A stretch of 25,971 nt of DNA from Psammoneis japonica. Lineage: Eukaryota. Of this stretch, positions 1 through 8,858 are shown piece by piece. The stretch spans positions 465,266 to 491,236 of the forward strand of contig QPGO01000023.1 in assembly GCA_008632985.1 (NCBI GenBank), read 5' to 3'. Made by a program: the position numbers and the translations under genes. Below the pieces are notes generated by a model. It was not told the DNA's origin, did no database searches, and saw nothing but the letters and a program-made list of their open reading frames with translations. The first letter of the stretch is position 1. Each line of letters starts with the position of its first letter.

Positions 1-4
1 CATC

Positions 5-1324
5 CCAGATGGTTGTGCCAAACAGCACTGGCATGCTTCAGCAATGTGCTTGTTGTCTGTGTTTGCCCACAAATGCAAAGTTGTCTTTGAATGGCTGGAG
101 CACCTGGACAGGGCAAATGCAAGGTTGATGAAATTAGAGCCTGCACCAAATTTGCCACATGTCAAGAAATGCAGTCTGCAACTGTTGCAGGAGCAAGCAG
201 CAACAAGGACAAAAAATCAGAGCTGATGCTTTGGTCATGCAGTGGAGCACAGTGTCTTCTTGCAGGAGTGTTTGAAAATTCTTTTGGGGAAGAGAGTGCT
301 TTTGGGGAAGTTGTTGGTGACAGAGGAAACATGCTTTGAGGGAATCCCACAAAAAGTTGAAAGAAGTCAAAGGGTGCATCAACTGCAAGACCCAAAGGAT
401 GTTTCTGGTTCTTGCGCCAAAGTCAAGTTGCAAGGATTGGCGCAACTGTGTCAGTGCTGTTGTGGCATTGGTGCCATGTGCCATTTTTGATTAGAGCCCT
501 TTTTCCCTGTTGGCTGGGTTGCCATGTGACACATTCCTTGTGCTTGTGATGGCTGCCCAGCTCAGCTCAGACAACCTTGGGCAAACAATGAGCACAACCA
601 AGCAGCCTTGACATGCATCTGGCAACCAATCTCACAAACCCTGGCCCATCTTTGAGGGACTGAATGATTGGCAAGTTTGTCAGGTTGTTCAAACAACTGA
701 GAGTGTTGCCAACAAGGCACAGTCAGTTCAAAAACTGGGATGGATTTTTGATTGAGGAAAAGGCAGAACAAGTTGTTGCAAACAGCTGTGCCGCCCTGTC
801 TGGTGAATCTGAAAAGGGCTTTTTTCTGCTGCAACTGGATGAACTGCTGCCCAAAGCACAAGAAAATGCTGTGTGGAATGAGTTTGATCCACCTGCAAAT
901 TTCAAGGCTGGTCAGTGGGTTTGCATGGGAACACATCCAACCAAGCCGTGCTCCAAGGGCCAGAGGATGGTGCTGCACTCCTGGAGATGCTGGGGAATGT
1001 CAAACAAGAGTTTTGCTCAAGCAAATTGCAGTTGCAAACATTTTGCTGAATGAACCACCAGGCTCTCTGCAAATTCCAAGGATGTGCAAAAGGAATGAGG
1101 CTTCACTTTTCAGCCCCCATCATTTGACTGAGGATGAGCATGAAGCCATTCTTGGTGCAATGCACCAGCATGAGTCACTGGATCATTTTGAGGATTGCTT
1201 GGATGATGATGATGAAGAGCACAGCAAGCATGAAGAGCCAGAGGAAGAGAGTGACAACAAAGCAGAGGAGGACAACAGTGGTGCGTGGGTGTGGGGGTGT
1301 TGGGGGGGGGAACAACAAAGCTGA
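5..1324 (+). pseudogene. Degenerate DDE-type DNA transposase (DGCxxQY...HGKxxxDG type; superfamily uncertain, possibly Sola-like), catalytic core to acidic C-terminus
   Basis: Nt 8-31 read DGCAKQHW (expected DGCxxQYR/K). After a frameshift, nt 91-150 read MAGAPGQGKCKVDEI (expected PGHGKxxVDG). A Cys cluster HIPCACDGC lies at ~529-555 and an acidic tail at ~1190-1275. Multiple frameshifts and TGA stops. Confidence 0.65.
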
Positions 1325-4278
1325 TGAGGAGGAACAACACGATGACTGGAAAATGAACAAGCACCATGATTGTCACTTTGCATCACCTGACCACCTGATC
1401 AGATGCACCACCCATGACACAAATGTGTGCTTCCAAAGTCACAGCTCACAAGCGTTCTGCTTGCCGACCCTCCGTGCTGTTTTGCCACATTTGGAATTTC
1501 AAACTGGCACACAGCGGCCAATTGTTTTGTTTGTCAGGGATTTGCAACACATTTCACCTCATGTTTGTCATTTCCAAGACACCAGTTCAGCCACCTGACA
1601 TCACTTGCTGGCATGAAAAATGGTGGTTGGAACCAAAGATCCACTCACAGCACAAGGCATTGCAGTGGTTGTTCACTGGATGGCACAAAATCATGCAGTC
1701 ATCATTGCAGGCTGTCACATCAATTTCACCACCTGCTTCCAAGGAAAAGGTTTGCTCCAAACTGCCTCAAAACTTCATTTTGGAGTTCCTTGGTGGGAAC
1801 TTCCCCCTTCAAACAGCTGCTCAGCATGCTCTTTGCAAGCAACACCTGGCTGTTGTCAGTTTCAACTCATTTGGCAGATGTTTCAAGGTGAGATGTGTGT
1901 TCATTCATTTCCAAGTTGCCGACAAAAGACAAAACACTGGCCAGGGACAAAAACACACAAGTGTCTTTGTTTCCTCTGCAAGAGGCAGCTTTGTGGGCAG
2001 GGGCCATTCTGTGGCAACTCAATGTTTGTTGTTGACAACACCTTTTCTTCTGGCAATGAGTGAAAACCATCCTCTGGCTTCCAATCTTTCAAGTTGTTCC
2101 AAACATCTAGAAACTGTGTCTTGGAGTTTCACTTGGCAGCCCAGTCAGGGCTGTGGCAGCATTTGTGGTTGCTCTGGACAGCACAACCAACAAAATGAGC
2201 ACCCTTCAGTTGCTTCTTGGGAAGAGCATCAATCTCCTTTACACTCAACCTCTTTGACTTTGCCAACCTGGGGCATGCTGCAAATGCAATGGACTTTGCT
2301 CTTGATCTCATCATCAGTGCCTTTTTGATCTGTCTTCTGGACATTGTTGTGTTTGTGCTTGGCACATCTGATGATGTTTTAACACCTTTTTGCTTGTGAT
2401 GGCCATTCCACTTGTTGGCTCATTTGACAAACCATTCTTCAAACAACATGCAGCCCACATCTCATTCATCGAAGCAACTGGACAAGTGAGGAACAAGTCC
2501 TGATGAGTCACCAGAGCTCAAACAATTTTTTTCACATTCAACATTGCTTGAGCATTGTTGTGCATTCACTCCATCTCCATTTCTCACTGGTGGTGCTGGT
2601 CTTTGCTCAAGCAAAAAATTGTGCTCTTGCTGCTCTTGGTCTCAGCTTTGATGTGCAAAGGCCACAAAGATTGCCATCATTTTGCCATCTCCATCAATGG
2701 CTTTCAACATCTCCTTTTGGCATTCATGAAAGGCATCTCCCATCTTTTTCTCCTTCTCTCCCTTCTCCCACCTCTCCCAAACTTTCTCCTTCTTTTTTCT
2801 TTTTGGTCTCCAAGTTGTGCATCTTCTTCCTTGGTGGCTCTCTCACAATCAGCCTCCAACTCAGCCTCTGACCCATCTGCACTTGCACCTTTGCTTCCAT
2901 CATGCAATGACAGCAATGCATCCTCTTGAAAAACAAATGCCGCTGCAGCTGGGGAGCCACCTTGTGCCAATTGGCAATGTGAGACCATGTGACAACTTGA
3001 TGAGCTCCTGCTTTTTGGCATCTTCTGAGGGGTGCTTTTGTGAGTGTGACCTGACGTTGGTGACAGTTGCCACCAAAACAGAGTGTCACTTTGGAGATGA
3101 TGACTTTCACAAGGTCTTGCACCCCAATCCAGAAAAATTGGTGTTGTCATTGTCAGCCAAGAGAACCCAAAACAAATGGTTGCACCACAAAGCTGCAAAA
3201 GCATCATGCAACATTTGACAATGCATGCATGCTGTGCAATCTGTGTCCACAAGAAGTTTGGGAATGTGAGGATCCTTGTGCACACATCAATGTCCAAATC
3301 AACAACATCCTTCCTGCAGCAACACTGTGGGTGTCAGACTTCATTAACTGGCTCCACTCAGAAACTGGAGAACAACCCAACTTCTTTTCCACCTTCTTCC
3401 TCTGAGCAAGTGACTTCTGATTGGATGGAATGATGGTTGGGTGTTTCATCCGAAATCCCTCTTGATCCCAAAATGGGATGCTTTGTGCATGTGCAAACTT
3501 GGTGCGCACTCCTTTCAATGCAAAAACATCAAATTGTTTTTTTGTGTGAAGGAACTTCACTCTCCAACAAACGTCAAACATGATCTGGCCACAAGGCAGC
3601 CAACGCAGTTCTTTCAATGTCTGGGCTTGACTTGTTGGGGGCATGCATTTCCAAACCACCAATGTTGACCTCACCACAGGTGCAAAGCATCACAATGCTG
3701 AAAAATTTCCTTGGCACTCTTGTCTTCTTTTCCTTCCCTGCCAACTGCTCATCATGTGTCAACAGTGTGAAAGGTGAGAACAGAGACTTGTTGAAGCTCA
3801 GCTGCCAGACTGTGGCTGCTGCACACAAGATTCCCACATGCCAAAATGCAGCTCCCACCAAACAGAGTGAAGAAGATCTTTCCAACTTTGATCTTGATTG
3901 TCTTAAATCCACTCTGCCATGGTGGTGATGGGATGACTGCAAAAGTCAAGAGCATTGACATGAGCAAGCACCGCTGGAATCTGCGAAATCACAGAGACAA
4001 AAAAGGCAGCAGACACCTCGGCCACATGCTTGTTGACTTCTTGTTCCCAGATGAGCTGATCTCCCATCTTGGGGCCAACCTAAAAAGTTGCAATCATGGC
4101 AGTGCAATTGCGATGCAAATTGGCATTTTCTTGGGCTCGACACACTCTGCTGAATTTTCACAGGAAGATGGAACAATCCCTCCAGGCATGCAAACGAACC
4201 AGTGTTGGCAACCTGCATGTTGCCCAGCTTGCTTTGCTTTTTTGTTTCTTTTTGGCTTGAATCTTGCACACATCCAGA

Positions 4279-4324
4279 GCAAGTTTGCTCAAGTTGGCAG
4301 CCGTTTGCTCAAAGTTGGCAGCCG
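4279..4324. repeat. Short tandem duplication GTTTGCTCAA(A)GTTGGCAGCC x2 near the right end of the TE block
   Basis: Two adjacent near-identical ~21-nt units seen directly; may be a subterminal repeat. Confidence 0.6.
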
Positions 4325-4706
4325 CACACATGGCGCGAGTGCTGAAGCAGAAAGTGGCAGTCAGACGCAATGAGAGGGGCCACCACCACAAAAGGTCTTT
4401 GGCTGATTTGCCATTTCATTGCTGGCAATGCCAATGGCTGCACCGTTCATTGGGGGGGCGAGGCATGGCCCGTCGGCGTCGCGACAACATGGTCGGTTGT
4501 TGCACACCGGCACATAAAAGAGTGTGCATTCTGTCTTCTGTTGACGCAGTCCCAAGCCGGGAGTGGACGCAGTCCTAAATGCGCATGCGCGAGCAACATC
4601 AAAATTCCAGACTTTTCTGGCATTTGCAGAACGGTGAAAGACATCTCACCTTGTCTCCTTTCATGGTCAGATGTCAGTGGAATGTGCATTGCATGTAAAT
4701 TTATAA

Positions 4707-5237
4707 ATGGATGACGAGGAAGAGCTTGTGCGTCAGGTGATTAACGAGAACCCTCCCGAGGATCGAGGAGTGCGTCCCGAGTGGGGGAGTCATCAGGGAT
4801 GGCATCGAGTTGAAGACACACACCGTAACAACCATGCCGAAGGAGAGCAAGGGAAAAAATTACCCAAAGACGAAGATAGAGATGGCGGTGGTGAAGCTAG
4901 TGGTGAGGTAATCACTGACTATAACATAAATGACGACGATCCTTTGGAACCGATGATTGAAGAGAAACCAGATGGGCAAGTCAATTGGCCTGTTGGCGGA
5001 GGGGCCGTTTTTAATTCTGTTGCCATGAAACAGGTGGATGATTTGGAGGGAAGGACATCACCGGGTGCTGTAACCCATGCGTTGCGAGGTGTAAAAGTAG
5101 GGAACGGGAATGTCGCTCAAGAAAAGGCGACAATCATGCGAAAACCTCTGACAATTGGGTTTGCAGCGGTAGTCTTCTTAGTTTACATTACACTTCAACG
5201 GCGGCGCACGATGAAAAGAACGAAAGATATGTTATGA
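4707..5237 (+). CDS. Hypothetical 176-aa acidic protein with one C-terminal transmembrane helix
   Basis: ATG-to-TGA ORF with normal TA/CG content. Hydrophobic LTIGFAAVVFLVYITL followed by basic QRRRTMKR. No family recognised; could be the 3' part of a longer gene. Confidence 0.55.
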   Translation: MDDEEELVRQVINENPPEDRGVRPEWGSHQGWHRVEDTHRNNHAEGEQGKKLPKDEDRDGGGEASGEVITDYNINDDDPLEPMIEEKPDGQVNWPVGGGAVFNSVAMKQVDDLEGRTSPGAVTHALRGVKVGNGNVAQEKATIMRKPLTIGFAAVVFLVYITLQRRRTMKRTKDML

Positions 5238-5568
5238 CAGCGAGCTTGTGAGACTGATTCGATATTCATTTATCACTTTCCGCCAAAGTAATTCGCCCAA
5301 TTAATTGAGAAAAATGAAGCATTCAAGCATGGTAATTGTCATAGCCATTTCTTTGTCTGGACTCGCTGGCTGAATAACTAGCCTCGGTATAGCTGTCAGC
5401 GTATTCTGAATCTATCTGTGGGTGTGGTCATTGCCAAATGGCTTTCCATAATCTGCGGCACGCCATATTTGAACGTACTCAAATCTCACTGGAGGAGCTC
5501 GAGATTCGTTTGGTCATGCTAGTACGTTGGTTTCGAAATACTGGTGCGAGCAGATATCGGCACAATGA

Positions 5569-6504
5569 TTAAGACTGCTTCATTCGCCTCATAGCAGCAT
5601 CCGCTCTTTCACATCGCAACCGATCAATGTTCCTTTCATCTTTTCGTGTTTCTGCCAAAGGCTTCCGCTGTTGTACTAGCATCACGTTGTTGCTGCTACG
5701 ACTATCGTCGCCTTCATCGTTGCCGTATCCTCCGACTGGACCACCTCTGAGTTGTCCATCAAGTTCCTTCGCCGTCATTTCTCCTGCCATCATTTTGCCG
5801 CCATCATTGAATACTGAGTAGGCAGATGAAACACCACCCATCTCCGTGTGTTCTGACGCCCATTTATCCCGCGAACCGAGCGAAAACATGCCAACAATGA
5901 GGATCAGGATAAAGACCGGGGTTGTAAAGACAGGTAAAAATGACGTAGCATGCACTGGTCTTGATGCATGTTCCTCGCTCAATAAGTCATTGCTCGCAAC
6001 TGTAATGACATCAACGTAGATTGCGATGGCAAGCGCCCCTGCTGAAACGGCCAGATACGCGGTCTTTCTTCGCTTGCCGCTCTCCTCGGCGCTGCGAACC
6101 ATTGGCCAAGAGCTTTTCCACGACCACCACACAGCCACAGCTACAGGTGCTTCTGCCCACGAAAGAATTAGACAGTGGGTTCCAAAGTTGATGGCCTCTC
6201 GCTCCACCTCTCGACTCCATGCAAGATGCAGAAGATTGACTTGACACTGGTTATGGGACACTACCTACTCTCTACTCGATGCCCTTTCTGCGAATGAAAA
6301 CAAAGATTTCTGTGAGATTGCAACAAAGGCGCTTGTGAGATTACTTCGGAACAAACAGCACGTTGACGCATCTACTATGAAACTTACAGATGCCTTATAT
6401 ACTGCGGTAAACGCGTTCTCCTTCTTCTGAGAAGACGACGTGCCATGAGCCCTGTTGGCACTGTCATCGGATGGTGCTGCTGTTGATGATGTGTTGGATG
6501 TCAT
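5569..6504 (-). CDS. SAYSvFN-domain membrane protein (SAYSD1-like), probably with one intron
   Basis: Exact SAYSVFN motif after a hydrophobic segment, followed by G.MTAKELDGQLRGG. ORFs 6265-6504 and 5569-6261 share a frame and are separated by one TAG (6265-6267). A GTAAGT donor at 6387 (phase 0) and in-frame acceptors at 6265 or 6247 would remove it. Exon structure is inferred. Confidence 0.8.
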
Positions 6505-6529
6505 AATAGTGCTTTTTATCGCGTACCGG

Positions 6530-6763
6530 TACCAGTAAAAAACCGAATTGAGTCCTTATTTTTGCCATATGTTGAATGGCCATTTTTGCCCATCATTGGC
6601 CTAAAACTGACCATTTCTTCGCATTTCCTAGCTTTTCATCATCTCTTAACGAGTTCTTTGATGATAGTCGGTTGTGAAATGGGCTTGGGATTAGCTTAAT
6701 CTAGCTGCAAAAGTTGCACCTTTTTCGCGTAATGACTCAATTCGGCCCCCCTGTACATTTCTA
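6530..6763 (+). mobile_element. MITE-like element, copy 1 (end A at 6530, end B' at 6716-6763)
   Basis: End A TACCAGTAAAAAACCGAATTGAGTCCTTAT and end B TACAGGGGGGCCGAATTGAGTCATTACG share the core CCGAATTGAGTC.TTA in inverted orientation. Both ends and internal sequence recur in reverse downstream. Confidence 0.7.
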
Positions 6764-7083
6764 CGTGTCAAGTACCAGAAGAAATTCAACATATCTCCAA
6801 ATCAGCAAGCAGCACGGAGCAGTGAGGATATATGATGTACGTGTCTTGATAAAAAAATTACATGAGAATTGTTGAATCTCGTTTCCGCTTCAAAAAATAC
6901 AAACGACCATGTTCGACGGCAACGGGCAGCCGGAGAAAACTGAAACACCCAAATCCAAACACATGGTCAGAAGCAGCAGCAATTGAAGATTATCACAGCA
7001 ACAAAAACAGTTTGATTACTTGGTTTTTTCATCATTTTATCGATCGATTCAACATATGGGTCGGATAAGGACTCAGTTCAGTC

Positions 7084-7113
7084 ATAAGGACTCAATTCGG
7101 TTTTTTACTGGTA
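7084..7113 (-). repeat. Perfect 30-bp inverted copy of 6530-6559 (end A')
   Basis: ATAAGGACTCAATTCGGTTTTTTACTGGTA is the exact reverse complement of 6530-6559. It could close a ~580-bp TA-flanked element 6532-7111. Confidence 0.9.
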
Positions 7114-7225
7114 GGGCCTAGAAATGTACAGGGGGGCCGAATTGAGTCATTACGCGAAAAAGGTGCGCCTTTTCAAAGATGTCGTTCAGAGATGATGATA
7201 AGCCACTCTCTACTAACTGCCAGTA

Positions 7226-8815
7226 CAGTCTGCTCGCTCTAACATATACTTTTTAACATATACCCTCTCTATAACGTATACTAAAAATCCGGCCTGACCC
7301 CTCGGACGAAGGTCAGACTTCCCTGTTAACAGACAGACCGACAGACCGACAGACCATTTCGCGAATCCGTGATACGACTAGTTTGAGGCGATGAAACCAT
7401 TAAGACTACACTTACAACAACTGTAAACACCCTTGTTGACCATTATTTAACTCTAAGAAGTGGTCCTGGGCTTCTTTGTACCTAACAGGACCAAAGAATT
7501 GATGAAGGCAGTCATGAGTTTTTTCAAAAATTACAGTGGTGGCCGCGCGAACATGGCCAAAGCACATGGCGAAAGCCCTCTGCCAATCAGTGGAACGCCT
7601 CGTATGTAGAAAATATACTGACACCTACACGATCGCTTTTTTTTCGGTCGCTTTGCTTGTGCACACGAAATCTCAACAAAAATGTTTGCAATTCTGACAA
7701 GATTCAAGGTTGAAATCGATGCTTCTTTGCATTTTCTAAGGAGCTGTCATCTCACTTTTTCGAGTTTTCGGTTTAAACAAAACGCAAAACGTTCACAAAG
7801 AAGCAACAAAAAAGCAACAATTTACTCAACGATTTGGGGTGTTCGCACCTCAAGCAAAACAACATTTTCCACAAGTGTCACCAAAAAATTCCTCTGACGA
7901 GTCTCTTCCTTGTGCACACGATTTCACAATGGGAACACGTCGGATGAATGCGCACAGATGCGACATGGAGAGCTGAGCGGAAGTGCTGAGGAGCCATCAT
8001 GGCAAAATGCCGATTTTCCCTGAGTGTTTGCATCGAATCCATGGCAGAGTGCAGGGTTCGTGTGGTGCGTTTTACTGTCGAGAAAAGAGCACAAGGTGAA
8101 AATTATTTTTGGTGCACGCGCAGCACATGGGAACTGAGCAAAATGCAGTGTGTGGCCATGGCGGCTTTCCGAGTCGACACTGCATCCCTCCTGTTGATCC
8201 CGAGGAACATTTGCGTTCGCACATTGCCACAGATCATAAACATTGTAAAGCTGTGCATGCCGAAAACTGTCCCTTGGACTGTTTTTTCGGCTCTCGTTTG
8301 CCACATTTTGCAGTCGTTCAGGTGCCATCAAAGTTTGTCGCGTTTACAAGGAGAAGATTGGCGAGAATGGAAAAAATGCTTTTTCATCACACCACAATGT
8401 CACACAGGCAAGATTCCCACACACAAACGATGCAGCAGCATCCTGCTGCGTGTCTTTTCTGTTGCCTCGGCACCATTGCCTCTCTCGTGTTGTTTCGTGT
8501 TGCTCTGCATGAACATGCATGCTCATCCTCGTGCGTCATGCAACATCACAGACTGAAACAAAGTGTGGCCAAATTTTTAAAGTGCTGAGTCTGCCTGTGG
8601 TCAAGGCTTTCTACGCGCGTTTCGCCATGTGAAGCGTCGTGAGTCGTGAGGGAGAAGCGCAAGATTTTAAACTGCGCAAATCTTGGCACTGACTCCACTT
8701 GCGTGGCAAACACACGCACTTTTGCACCAGGATGGAATGACATGTGCCCTCTCTACAACATGCACTAAAAAACCGCATGTGCCCCCAGTGCACACATGTT
8801 AACGCGAGCAGACTG
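7226..8815. mobile_element. ~1.6-kb non-autonomous TIR DNA transposon, Tc1/mariner/pogo-like, with TA target-site duplication
   Basis: TA|CAGTCTGCTCGC..TAACAT at 7224 and ATGTTA..GCGAGCAGACTG|TA ending 8817. Subterminal 34-bp direct repeat (7257-7290 / 8741-8774). No recognisable transposase ORF. Confidence 0.8.
7329..7355 (+). repeat. ACAG/ACCG microsatellite inside the TIR element
   Basis: acagacagaccgacagaccgacagacc seen directly. Confidence 0.7.
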
Positions 8816-8858
8816 TAGTTAAAAAAATGGCCATTCAAGACAGACTCAATTCGGTTTT

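Larger units (their letters stand above)
1..4695. mobile_element. Hypermutated transposon-derived block (TpA- and CpG-depleted); left end lies outside the window
   Basis: By eye 2 TA and 2 CG in 1-600 and no TA between ~495 and ~2107. ORFs in all frames lack Tyr. Contains a transposase relic. Normal TA content resumes abruptly at 4695 (gtaaatttataaatg). Confidence 0.85.
7119..8858 (-). mobile_element. MITE-like element, copy 2 (reverse orientation), interrupted by the 7226-8815 insertion
   Basis: 7119-7166 is the exact 48-bp reverse complement of 6716-6763. ~7173-7203 matches revcomp of ~6631-6661. After the insertion, AAAAATGGCCATTCAA (~8823-8838) and GACTCAATTCGGTTTT (8843-8858) match revcomp of the copy-1 A end. 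Confidence 0.7.

Noticed and set aside
1414..2328. 304-aa ORF and the many other Cys/His-rich ORFs in TA-depleted blocks as real genes or metal-binding proteins
   Set aside because: Explained by loss of TAA/TAG and Tyr>Cys/His conversion; they overlap in all frames and show no domain.
1..4695. Classical fungal RIP
   Set aside because: RIP raises TpA and lowers CpA/TpG; the pattern here is the opposite.
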